Source of the DNA: Candidatus Onstottus arcticum
GTDB lineage: Bacteria > Acidobacteriota > Blastocatellia > UBA7656
Assembly (NCBI GenBank): GCA_038040485.1
Contig: JBBPIE010000021.1
Span: 35,950-99,949, forward strand
DNA length: 64,000 bases
Reading direction: 5' to 3'
The notes beneath the pieces are model-generated. The model saw nothing but the letters and a program-made list of their open reading frames with translations, did no database searches and was not told where the DNA came from. Each line of letters starts with the position of its first letter. Position 1 is the stretch's first letter. This document shows, in pieces, positions 20,564-29,387 of this stretch. Both the position numbers and the translations under genes were made by a program.

Positions 20564-20989
20564 TCACTTCACATTAACCGTCATTCTCATTTGTCCGCTG
20601 CCGCGCGGGCCTTCGTACACGACGACCGCTTCCCAGGTTGAGACCATTCCGATTTCGACTCTCGCATGGTACTTGCCGGGCGTGTCTGTGGTTGTGAGCG
20701 TGGCTCTATCGTTCATCTCGGCCATCGTTCCCATTGCCGCCATGTGAAAGGTGAGCGATGCGGCTCCGACATCAACTGGGTTGCCCGAACCGTCGGTGAA
20801 TGAAACGATCAACTCGTTTTCCCCATTCTTGACCTCGCCGGTAGAGCTTGCGAGCGTGACAGTCAGATCGCCCGACTTCGTTGATTTGATCACCCTCTCA
20901 GCGCCCGGAGCGCCACCCTTCGTACACGCCCCGGCCATTAGTGCCGATGCCAGAAGCAATGAAATTGCCGGGAATCTCTTCGCGGTCAT
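20564..20989 (-). CDS. periplasmic Cu(I)-binding lipoprotein, FixH/YtkA-like (Met-rich motif)
   Basis: Lipobox LMAGAC. HMAAMGTMAEM Met-rich motif. First structural gene ahead of the RND pump. Confidence 0.55.
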   Translation of the reverse strand: MTAKRFPAISLLLASALMAGACTKGGAPGAERVIKSTKSGDLTVTLASSTGEVKNGENELIVSFTDGSGNPVDVGAASLTFHMAAMGTMAEMNDRATLTTTDTPGKYHARVEIGMVSTWEAVVVYEGPRGSGQMRMTVNVK

Positions 20990-21125
20990 GTTGAGTTCTC
21001 CTGATAGTTACTTCTGCCGCGGCTGATTCAGAAGCCGAGCAGGATAGAGACCGATGCGTGCGCACGACAAGCCATCGCCGCGCCGAAAGCACGCGTGTCG
21101 TCGGACACTGGGCACACTGCGGCCC

Positions 21126-21497
21126 TTAGATTAGGAGAGTGCCGGTTTCGAGATAGCGGCTAGAACAACCGGTTATCGAGCGAGTAGGTGAGTTCGGAAA
21201 TCTGATGTGCCGAATGTATGAGACCGTTTCAGATGAGCTGCTGAAACAGCCGCTCGTTGCGGTCTTCTTTTGCGAAGCCGATAAGAGCGCCGTTGTGGGT
21301 GACGGGATTGTACTCGCCGGCTGATTGCAATCGACCATGCAGCGAAGCCGCGCGGGTGCTACGTCGCGGCTCGGGTCGTGCGCCGCCTTGCAGCAGCTCA
21401 TGGAGCAGGTCCCGCCGTTCATTTGCGACGCAACGGCGGCGGCGGAGTTCGCCACTACCGCGACGATGAACGTCAGAATGAACAATCGCTTTATCAT
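21126..21497 (-). CDS. small secreted Cys-rich hypothetical protein (possible metal-binding; gene model uncertain)
   Basis: Signal peptide, then GGTCSMSCCKAAH...CMVDC. The C-terminal third looks low-complexity, so the true stop or frame is uncertain. Confidence 0.3.
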   Translation of the reverse strand: MIKRLFILTFIVAVVANSAAAVASQMNGGTCSMSCCKAAHDPSRDVAPARLRCMVDCNQPASTIPSPTTALLSASQKKTATSGCFSSSSETVSYIRHIRFPNSPTRSITGCSSRYLETGTLLI

Positions 21498-21632
21498 CGG
21501 CCTTGTGTTGTTTATAGGTTCCCGGCCGCCGCCGTGTCAATCATAAGGCGACGTTCGAGCTGCGAGCACGAGTACGCAAATGTCGGTAGTGTCCTAAAGT
21601 TGTGTTGCTCGTTTGTCGGCGAATCGACCAAC

Positions 21633-21705
21633 CGCCAAGACGCCAAGAGCGCCAAGATTCTCAACGGATTCTTGGTCTGACCTTGGCGTTCTTGGCGTCT
21701 TGGCG
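21633..21705. promoter_or_regulatory. 24-bp-arm palindrome with triple GCCAAGA direct repeats in a divergent promoter region (candidate operator)
   Basis: cgccaagacgccaagagcgccaag ... cttggcgttcttggcgtcttggcg, one mismatch. Lies between the divergent genes at 21497 (-) and 21796 (+). Confidence 0.55.
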
Positions 21706-21795
21706 GTTTTCCAATCGAGCAACACGCAAATAGGACAGTACCCAAATGTGGCTTCGTTGACGGAAGCCGTCGCAGTCCTGTTTAATCACTCGCCA

Positions 21796-23142
21796 ATGAA
21801 GCTGCGACTCTACACCGCGGATTGGGTGCTTCCCGTCACGTCGCCGCCGATTCACGGCGGCGCAGTTGCGATCGACACTCGCCGGATTGTCTTCGTCGGA
21901 TCTCAAGCAGAAGCAGCGAGTCGTGTTGATCTGGCTGAAGCCGAGAACGTCAGCCTTGGGCGCGCGGCGATCTTGCCCGGCTTCGTGAACGTTCACAGCC
22001 ATCTTGAGTTAACAGTGATGCGCGGCTTTCTCGAAGACCTTCAATTTCGAGAGTGGATACAGAAGCTGACCCGCGTCAAGTACGAGCAGTTAACCGCGGA
22101 TGAGCTGGTCGCCTCGGCTCTCCTCGGGACCGCGGAGGCAACTCGAGCCGGAATCACGACGCTCGCAGATACGGGCGACACAGATTCTGCGTTCAAAGCT
22201 TTGCTCGAAAGCGGACTGCGTGGAATCGCTTATAGAGAAGTCTTCGGACCGGACCCGGCTGATGCGACGAAGAGCCTTGAAGGCCTGAAGAGCAAAGTCG
22301 CAGCGATGCGCGAGCGGGCTACCGAGAAGGTCCGAGTGGGTGTCTCGCCGCACGCGCCGTATACCGCGTCGGGCGATCTCTTTCGCCGCGCGACTGAATA
22401 TGCGCGGCAAGAATCGCTTGATGTGTGCATCCACACCGCCGAGTCCGAATCCGAGCAGCGGATGATGGTCTCGGGTGACGGCGAGTTTGTCGAAGCGCTG
22501 CAAGCGCGCGGCATACCGTGGCAAACGCCCGGGGTCTCGACAATCCAGTACCTCGATTCGATTGGCGTGCTCGAAGCGTCACCGCTGCTTGTTCATTGCG
22601 TAAAGGCCGATGCGGCGGACATCGAGTTGATCGCCCGCAGCGGCTCGCGAGTCGCTCACTGCCCTAAGTCAAATGCCAAACTCGGTCACGGCATTGCGAA
22701 GCTTCGACAGATGCTGGATGCCGGCGTGACGGTCGGTCTGGGCACCGACAGTGTAGCTTCAAACAACCGATGCGACCTGATTGACGAGATGCGATTCTGC
22801 GGGTTGATTCACCGAGCGGAATCCCAGGACTTCAGATGGCCGAGTCCCGATCGACTGCTCAAGCTTGCCACGCTTGACGGAGCGCGCGCGCTGGGACTGG
22901 AAAGCGAGATCGGCTCACTCGAACCGGGTAAGCAAGCCGATCTGATCGCCATCGATCTGGCTCGAACTCACAACACGCCGGTTCACGACCCCACGGCAGC
23001 GATACTGTTCAGCGCGGACACGAGCGACGTTCGCTTGACCATAGTTGGCGGCGAGGTGCTATTCGACGGCGGCGAAGTCAAATCCATCGATGAAGCCGGG
23101 CTTCGAGAAACCGTGACTCGTGCGCTGACTCGCATGTCATGA
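21796..23142 (+). CDS. amidohydrolase, TRZ/ATZ-MtaD/SsnA family (nucleoside or aminofutalosine deaminase-like)
   Basis: Start MKLRLYTADWVLPV at 21796; the track ORF starts earlier inside the palindrome. GFVNVHSHLELTVMRG metal site, HCPKSNAKLGHG, GLGTDSVASNN. Confidence 0.8.
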   Translation: MKLRLYTADWVLPVTSPPIHGGAVAIDTRRIVFVGSQAEAASRVDLAEAENVSLGRAAILPGFVNVHSHLELTVMRGFLEDLQFREWIQKLTRVKYEQLTADELVASALLGTAEATRAGITTLADTGDTDSAFKALLESGLRGIAYREVFGPDPADATKSLEGLKSKVAAMRERATEKVRVGVSPHAPYTASGDLFRRATEYARQESLDVCIHTAESESEQRMMVSGDGEFVEALQARGIPWQTPGVSTIQYLDSIGVLEASPLLVHCVKADAADIELIARSGSRVAHCPKSNAKLGHGIAKLRQMLDAGVTVGLGTDSVASNNRCDLIDEMRFCGLIHRAESQDFRWPSPDRLLKLATLDGARALGLESEIGSLEPGKQADLIAIDLARTHNTPVHDPTAAILFSADTSDVRLTIVGGEVLFDGGEVKSIDEAGLRETVTRALTRMS

Positions 23143-23261
23143 TCGCCTCTCATCTCGCTCTCACGTCCAGTCGGAAACATCTCAGAACCTTCTCAGTCGC
23201 TGCTCACTCTTCTTGCACACTCGCCGGTTAGACTCCAACCAGCATGTTGATCAAACCTCTA

Positions 23262-23336
23262 GGGGCGTCCCTCCCTGGGCGCCCCTCGTTGGTAGCCGAA
23301 GTGGGCTTGCCCACGGAGGGACGCCCCTACAGGATC
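23262..23336. repeat. palindromic pair of family-B GC-rich motifs (possible terminator/REP)
   Basis: aggggcgtccctccctgggcgcccct ... gggcttgcccacggagggacgcccct. Confidence 0.6.
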
Positions 23337-23447
23337 GATGAGCAGATGAAGCAATCCGAGCATCCAGGAGCGCAGGCGTCGCATCAGAGCTGGCTGTAAC
23401 AGCGGCCCACGTTCGGGGCAAGTCAAGAGCAATCGTGGAGGCATTCG

Positions 23448-24719
23448 ATGGTCAAGAACATTGCTGCGATAGGAATCGTCTACGTGATTGCGGCCGTCGG
23501 TTGGATGGTGCTCGGAAGCACAATCGACCTTCGGACGAGCAGTCAGGATGGAAGGTTGAAAGAATCAGTGGGTGAGCTTTGGGGCACGCCACTGGAGCAG
23601 CGCGCGCCGAAGGCGTCTCTCGAGGTCGAACGTGCGCTCTTTCAGACGCCCGGCTCAGCCATGCCGGCCAAGCCATCGGATCCGGAGTCGATCAACGTGC
23701 CGCTCGTCCGCAGCAAGATCGAAGTCGGGTTGGATCTCGAGCAGCGACAGAAAGGGTTACTGTGGTACTCGATGTTCAAGGCTCGCGTTGCGGGCAGATA
23801 CGTCTTCGAGAACATCGAAAACAAAAGGGGAACGCTTGCGGTGAGTTTCGCATTTCCTTCGGCGGACGGAATCTACGACGACTTCAAGTTTCAAATCGAC
23901 GGAAAACAAGTTCCGTTCACGCGAGTAGGCAAAGATCTAGTTGTGGGGAGAGTCGACTGCGGCGGGAACTCGAGGCATCAACTGGACGTGAACTACTCCT
24001 CGCAAGGCCTCGACCGATTCTTGTATCGCCTGGGCGACGGGATAAACGAGGTAAAAGACTTCTCTTTGTCGGTCGCTACAGACTTCGGCGGCTACGACTA
24101 CCCCGCTAATACGCTTGCGCCGAGTCGAAAGGAAGAAACCGGAAACGGGTGGGAGCTCGAGTGGAAATACTCCGATCTGATATCGGGGAGCGGGATCGGC
24201 GTCGAGATGCCGCAGAAGCTCAACCCGGGCCCAATAGCAGCGCGCATCTCTTACTTCGCCCCGGTATCGCTCGGGTTCTTTTTCTTCCTGATCTTTATCA
24301 TATCGATGGTGCGTGGGATTCGGATTCATCCGATGAACTACTTCTTCCTCGCGGCGTCGTTCTTTGCGTTTCATCTGCTGCTTGCCTATCTGGTCGATCA
24401 CATCTCGATTCACACGGCGTTTTTTATTTGCTCAGTCGTGTCGATGGCGCTGGTGCTTTCATACATGCGCATCGTCGTTGGCGCGCGCTTCGCGTTTGTC
24501 GAAACCGCTATTGCCCAGTTCATTTACCTGATCGGGTTTTCTTATGCGTTTTTCTTTGAAGGTGTCACCGGGCTTGCGGTGACAATCGGCGCGATCATCA
24601 CGCTGTTCGTAGTTATGCAAACGACCGCGAGGATCAACTGGTCACAACGGTTTCAGATTGGAAGGGCGGCAACAAATGAATTGACGATATCATCGCCGTC
24701 GATGAAGCATCCCGCGTAG
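23448..24719 (+). CDS. CreD-like inner membrane protein (cell-envelope integrity family)
   Basis: 423 aa. N-terminal TM, a periplasmic domain of about 250 aa and a C-terminal bundle of 4-5 TMs, matching CreD architecture. Confidence 0.5.
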   Translation: MVKNIAAIGIVYVIAAVGWMVLGSTIDLRTSSQDGRLKESVGELWGTPLEQRAPKASLEVERALFQTPGSAMPAKPSDPESINVPLVRSKIEVGLDLEQRQKGLLWYSMFKARVAGRYVFENIENKRGTLAVSFAFPSADGIYDDFKFQIDGKQVPFTRVGKDLVVGRVDCGGNSRHQLDVNYSSQGLDRFLYRLGDGINEVKDFSLSVATDFGGYDYPANTLAPSRKEETGNGWELEWKYSDLISGSGIGVEMPQKLNPGPIAARISYFAPVSLGFFFFLIFIISMVRGIRIHPMNYFFLAASFFAFHLLLAYLVDHISIHTAFFICSVVSMALVLSYMRIVVGARFAFVETAIAQFIYLIGFSYAFFFEGVTGLAVTIGAIITLFVVMQTTARINWSQRFQIGRAATNELTISSPSMKHPA

Positions 24720-24740
24720 GATCCTATCGGAGTAGGCAGT

Positions 24741-24872
24741 CTTCTCTGCGCAGACCTCAGCGTCTCTGTGTCTTTGCGGTTAGAGGGTGTCGCGAGTCTG
24801 TGACTAGGCGACGGCGGCGACACCCTCTAACCGTAGAGACGCTAAGACGCTGAGGTTTGCGCAGAGAAGACC
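24741..24872. repeat. REP/MITE-like palindromic element, family A
   Basis: cttctctgcgcagacctcagcgtctctgtgtctttgcggttagagggtgtcg...cgacaccctctaaccgtagagacgctaagacgctgaggtttgcgcagagaag. Confidence 0.8.
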
Positions 24873-24913
24873 GCCATCTTGCTGAGGTCAGGCCGCACGG
24901 ATACAATGCACCC

Positions 24914-25528
24914 GTGAAATCCATAACTGTCGGGATCAGCGGCGCGAGCGGTGCCATCTACGCGCAGCGGCTTTTGATGCAGCTTGAAGACAGCGTCGAA
25001 GTCGGCCAGATCAACCTGGTCATCAGCGGACCGGGCCGCCGCGTTATCAGCGACGAACTAGACATCAATCCGACCGCCGACTCCGAAAACATAGTCGCCG
25101 CGTTGATCGGCCGCCCGTCGACCAAGACCGTAGTGTTTCACCCGGGCGACATCGGCGCGGCCATCGCTTCGGGATCTTATCCGGTCGATGCGATGGCTAT
25201 CATTCCCTGCTCGTCGTCAACGCTAGGAGTTCTCGCGTCGGGCTCTTCACGGAATCTTCTTCATCGAGCCGCCGACGTTTGCTTGAAGGAAGGCCGCAAG
25301 CTGGTTATCGTCCCGCGCGAAACTCCTCTGTCGACTATTCACATCGAGAACATGCTCAAGCTTCGGCAGGCTGGCGCGATGATCGTTCCAGCGATGCCGG
25401 CGTTTTATCACCGGCCGGCGGACATCGTATCGATGGTGGATCATTTTATCTATCGAGTGATGGATCATCTCGGAGTCGCGCATTCGCAGGAGACGGTTTG
25501 GCAAGGTGATCTGAGTCAACCGGTGTAG
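24914..25528 (+). CDS. ubiX: flavin prenyltransferase UbiX
   Basis: VKSITVGISGASGAIYAQRLL N-terminus with GTG start at 24914. Conserved PCSSSTL and AADVCLKEGRKLV regions. Confidence 0.85.
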   Translation: MKSITVGISGASGAIYAQRLLMQLEDSVEVGQINLVISGPGRRVISDELDINPTADSENIVAALIGRPSTKTVVFHPGDIGAAIASGSYPVDAMAIIPCSSSTLGVLASGSSRNLLHRAADVCLKEGRKLVIVPRETPLSTIHIENMLKLRQAGAMIVPAMPAFYHRPADIVSMVDHFIYRVMDHLGVAHSQETVWQGDLSQPV

Positions 25529-25537
25529 GATTCCTAG

Positions 25538-26266
25538 ATGCAGAGTCTGTCGAGAGAAATCGCCAAGCACATCGCCCTCGTCACCTTTGCTGCGCTCGTC
25601 TTCGTATGCTCTGCGCCTGCTCAAGATATGGCCAGGGTTAGAGGCGTGCTCGCCGATCAACAGGGTGCGCGGGTTAATGGTGCATCCGTCAGCCTTGAGA
25701 ACGAAACATTCAAGAGAACGATTCAGTCTGATCAGGGGGGCAGGTTTGAGTTCGATGTACCGCCGGGCAAATACAAGCTCAGTGTCCCCAGTCATGGGTT
25801 CGACGAATTCGCGAAAGACGTCGTGCTGAATTCGGGGGCTAACGAAGAACTCGCGATCACCTTGTTCCCCACGCCGATGCGTGGGTCGCACGCTATCCTC
25901 GCTGAACCGGAAGATGCCAGGGTCAGAGGTGAGATCGCTACTCAATCAGGTGCGCTGATTCCTGGTGCGGCCGTCAGGTTTGAGAGCCAGGCGTTCAATG
26001 TAACAATTCAGTCTGATCAGGCGGGCAGGTTTGAGTTGGATGTACCTGTGGGCAAATACAAGCTCAGTGTCGCTTGTCTTGGTTTCAAATACTTTGCTCA
26101 GGATGTTGTGCTGAATTCAGGATCTAACGCCGAAATCGTGATTGAGCTTGAGTTCGCTCCAGGCCTCCCGCGTATGCCTCATCCTGCCATTGCCGAACCG
26201 GAAGTGACGATAGAGGCTATTCACGCCCCGGTGTTTCAGAAAATGGCTCCAATGAAGTTGAGATGA
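25538..26266 (+). CDS. secreted protein with two tandem carboxypeptidase-regulatory-like (CarbopepD_reg) domains
   Basis: Signal peptide. Two ~100-aa repeats, each with the block TIQSDQ[GA]GRFE[FL]DVP[PV]GKYKLSV. Confidence 0.65.
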   Translation: MQSLSREIAKHIALVTFAALVFVCSAPAQDMARVRGVLADQQGARVNGASVSLENETFKRTIQSDQGGRFEFDVPPGKYKLSVPSHGFDEFAKDVVLNSGANEELAITLFPTPMRGSHAILAEPEDARVRGEIATQSGALIPGAAVRFESQAFNVTIQSDQAGRFELDVPVGKYKLSVACLGFKYFAQDVVLNSGSNAEIVIELEFAPGLPRMPHPAIAEPEVTIEAIHAPVFQKMAPMKLR

Positions 26267-26291
26267 TCCTGCGCATTTATCGCGTGACACC

Positions 26292-27185
26292 TTGAGTGAA
26301 CAAAAAACAATAGCCGGACGGCTGCGGATCACGCTCGAGATGATCAAGATCGAGCATACGCTGTTCGCTCTGCCGTTTGCCTTTCTGGGAGCCGCGCTCG
26401 CCGCGCGCGACGTGCCTTCTCAACCTGCACGATTCTGGGTCTCGAAGCTCCTCTGGATCACGCTTGCGATGATCGGCGCAAGATCGGCCGCGATGACTTT
26501 CAACCGAATCGCCGACGCAAAGATCGATGCTGCTAACCCGCGCACCGCAACTCGAGCCTTGCCTGCGGGGCTGCTCGATATGCGATTCGCGTGGGTGTTC
26601 ACCATCGTCGCATCTCTGCTGTTTTTGCTTGCAGCCTCGCAGCTCAATCGTCTCACGCTGATTCTTTCGCCGGTCGCGCTTGGCTCGGTGTTTCTTTACT
26701 CATACACAAAGCGATTCACCGCGCTCTCGCATCTCGTTCTCGGCTGGTGTCTCGCAATAGCTCCATCGGGCGCGTGGATCGCCATCCAGGGCAAGCTCAC
26801 CCTGTTGCCTGTTCTTTTGTCGCTTGCGGTGATGCTGTGGACCGCCGGGTTCGACGTTCTGTATGCGTGTCAGGATTACGAGTTCGACCGGCGCGCGGGG
26901 CTTCACTCGATCCCGCAGCGTCTGGGCATCAGCAAAGCTCTCTGGGTCGCGCGAGGCATTCACTCGTTGATGTTCGCGGTGCTCGTCGTGTTCTTCTGGA
27001 TGGCGAATCTCAGTTGGCTTGGCTTGCTCGGCGTTGTCGCAACCGGGCTCCTGCTGATTTATCAACACAGCATTGTGAGAGCCGACGACCTTTCACGGCT
27101 CGATGCGGCGTTCTTCACCACGAACGCCTTCGTGAGCATAATCCTGTTTGTCACGATGGCCGGCGATGCATTGATGCTGAGATGA
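26292..27185 (+). CDS. UbiA-family prenyltransferase (4-hydroxybenzoate polyprenyltransferase-related)
   Basis: 297 aa with 8-9 TMs. Asp-rich motifs [15 protein letters not shown] and DYEFDRRAG. Confidence 0.8.
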   Translation: MSEQKTIAGRLRITLEMIKIEHTLFALPFAFLGAALAARDVPSQPARFWVSKLLWITLAMIGARSAAMTFNRIADAKIDAANPRTATRALPAGLLDMRFAWVFTIVASLLFLLAASQLNRLTLILSPVALGSVFLYSYTKRFTALSHLVLGWCLAIAPSGAWIAIQGKLTLLPVLLSLAVMLWTAGFDVLYACQDYEFDRRAGLHSIPQRLGISKALWVARGIHSLMFAVLVVFFWMANLSWLGLLGVVATGLLLIYQHSIVRADDLSRLDAAFFTTNAFVSIILFVTMAGDALMLR

Positions 27186-27195
27186 TGCCGGCCAG

Positions 27196-29286
27196 ATGAC
27201 GCCCTTTCAGCAAACCCCGGAGAATACCCTCGAGTTGATCGACGCGGCTTCCACCTTCAACCAAGATTCGATGGCAGACGAGTCCGAACAGTCGAAAGAG
27301 TCGCGGTTTCGCGGCGTGTTCTCTCGATTCAGAGTCTGGATTGCCGAGCGGCTCGCGCCCCACAATGAAGTGAGCAAACGCGCTACGCGTGGCGCTCTTC
27401 GCTCAACCCTGATTGTCGCAGGCATCTTTGTGCTGGCGCTCGGAGTCAGGCTCTTGCAATGCGAGGATGTCTATCCCGAGGCGATTCGGAACGACAGCAT
27501 GCTTCAGCGCTTGCGTCACTTCTACACCGACGAAGCGTCACGCATCCGCAATCAAGGCAGCCTTCTATTTGCAACTGAGGCGGCCGATCCGAGCGACGCC
27601 GGCAGGATCGCGCACCCGCCCGGCTATTCGATATTGATGGCGGCGACCGGCCTGGGTCTCGGCGACTCGGGCGCAGGTCTGCGCTACCTGCAGATTGTCT
27701 GCGCGTCGGCCTCGTGTGGGTTGATTTTCTTCATAGCAGTTGAGTTGCTGCCCATCGGCGTAGCCGCGATAGCCGGTTTGCTTTCCGCGCTCTCGCCTCA
27801 CCTGGCTTACTATTCCCTTGTCCTGTCGCCCGAGACTTTTGCGACATTCCCGATCCTGATTGGGGTGTATTGTCTCATCAAGGCTTACAAGCGCCCGCGT
27901 TTCTGGCTCCTTGCTGCGGCCGGCGCATCGATCGGTCTATCGTGCTGGCTTCGAGCGAATGGTTTGCTGCTCGCGCCGTTTCTCGCGGTCACGATTCCGA
28001 TCTTCTTTGAACGCGGGAAGCGGCTCCGCTACAGCGCGATTCTCGTGGGCACGGCGCTTGTTGTCATCGCTCCGATTACGATTCGAAACTGGGTTGCTTA
28101 CCATCATTTCATTCCGCTTTCCCTCGGCGCCGGAATCACACTGATTGAAGGGATCGCCGACTACGACGTACAGGGAAGATTCGGCTTGCCGGTCTTCGAC
28201 GACTACGCGCTAAAGAAAGACGTTGAGTGGCATGGCCGGGAAGACTATGCGCGCAATCTGTGGAAGCCGGACGGCGTCGAGCGCGATCGGTTCCGCTTTG
28301 ATCGCGGCGTTTCGGTCATCCGTGCAAACCCCGTCTGGTTTGCGGGAGTGATGTGCCGGCGCGCGACGTACATGCTTCGATACAACGATTTCCTACGGCA
28401 GCAAAGTGCGGCCAATACTACGCTTGTGCCGGCGGTCCTGGCCGAGCCGCCCTACGGGCATTCGCCGGACACAACGGGCGCGGTGGTGTGGTCGCAGTCG
28501 CCAGAAGATATGCTTCGAAACGGAAGCCGCCGATCGGAGACGGCTGAAGTCTCGATAATCGACGACGGCTCAATACTTCAAGTCGCGAGTGACGGTGTTG
28601 AATATCGCGAGCAGTTCGCCTCGGCTGCAATTCTCCTCGATCCGAACACGGACTATCTGCTGACCGTTCCGGTCAGGTCTGTGACAGGGTACACCGCAAT
28701 AAGAGTAGCGACGGCCGACCCGCGCATTGTTGTCGCGCAAGCCGAGATGCGTGACCCGCCTCGAAAGGGGAAGAAGAGCAAAGAGCCAAGCGAGGCTTCA
28801 GCGCCGGGCTTTCCGGATGAACGGCCGCTTACCAATCTGGAAATTCGATTTGCGACCGGCCATCTCACTCAAGTCTGGATCGTGGTGACCAACCACAAGC
28901 CCAGCCCCGAGCGGCCCGTAGCGCAGATCGGCGGGATGGAACTTGTTAAGCTTGGACCGACTGCGAACCAGTGGACGCGAATGCCGCGCGCCGTGATTCG
29001 CGGCGTTCAGAAGAACGTCTTCAAGACGGAGCGCTTGCTGCCGCTCAACCTGATCGGCATAGCGTTGTTGGCGCTGGCCGGCAGGTTCCGCGCGCTTGCG
29101 ATCCTCCTCGCGGTGCCGGCTTACTTTCTGATCTTTCAGTCGGCGTTTCACACCGAGTATCGCTACATAGTTGGAATTCATTACTTTCTGTTCGTGATGG
29201 GCGCCATAGCGCTCTATCTGATCGGCGCGGCGCTCAGCCAGGCGTTGCGCGGGAAGTTCAAAGCCACCGGCGCGCCGTCCCAATGA
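27196..29286 (+). CDS. GT39/ArnT-like membrane glycosyltransferase with large C-terminal extracytoplasmic domain
   Basis: 696 aa. Multiple N-terminal TMs (~400 aa), then a soluble domain and two terminal TMs. Paired with a second GT39-like gene and a GT2 polyprenyl-phosphate transferase. Confidence 0.5.
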   Translation: MTPFQQTPENTLELIDAASTFNQDSMADESEQSKESRFRGVFSRFRVWIAERLAPHNEVSKRATRGALRSTLIVAGIFVLALGVRLLQCEDVYPEAIRNDSMLQRLRHFYTDEASRIRNQGSLLFATEAADPSDAGRIAHPPGYSILMAATGLGLGDSGAGLRYLQIVCASASCGLIFFIAVELLPIGVAAIAGLLSALSPHLAYYSLVLSPETFATFPILIGVYCLIKAYKRPRFWLLAAAGASIGLSCWLRANGLLLAPFLAVTIPIFFERGKRLRYSAILVGTALVVIAPITIRNWVAYHHFIPLSLGAGITLIEGIADYDVQGRFGLPVFDDYALKKDVEWHGREDYARNLWKPDGVERDRFRFDRGVSVIRANPVWFAGVMCRRATYMLRYNDFLRQQSAANTTLVPAVLAEPPYGHSPDTTGAVVWSQSPEDMLRNGSRRSETAEVSIIDDGSILQVASDGVEYREQFASAAILLDPNTDYLLTVPVRSVTGYTAIRVATADPRIVVAQAEMRDPPRKGKKSKEPSEASAPGFPDERPLTNLEIRFATGHLTQVWIVVTNHKPSPERPVAQIGGMELVKLGPTANQWTRMPRAVIRGVQKNVFKTERLLPLNLIGIALLALAGRFRALAILLAVPAYFLIFQSAFHTEYRYIVGIHYFLFVMGAIALYLIGAALSQALRGKFKATGAPSQ

Positions 29287-29387
29287 TCGCGTCGCGATAG
29301 GTCTCCACGATGGGCGGTTGGCGAGGGTTCCCGAGTTCCGTGTAGCAACTTGTTTTGCACCGATCCGCTTCGTGTAGAATAGCGCGC

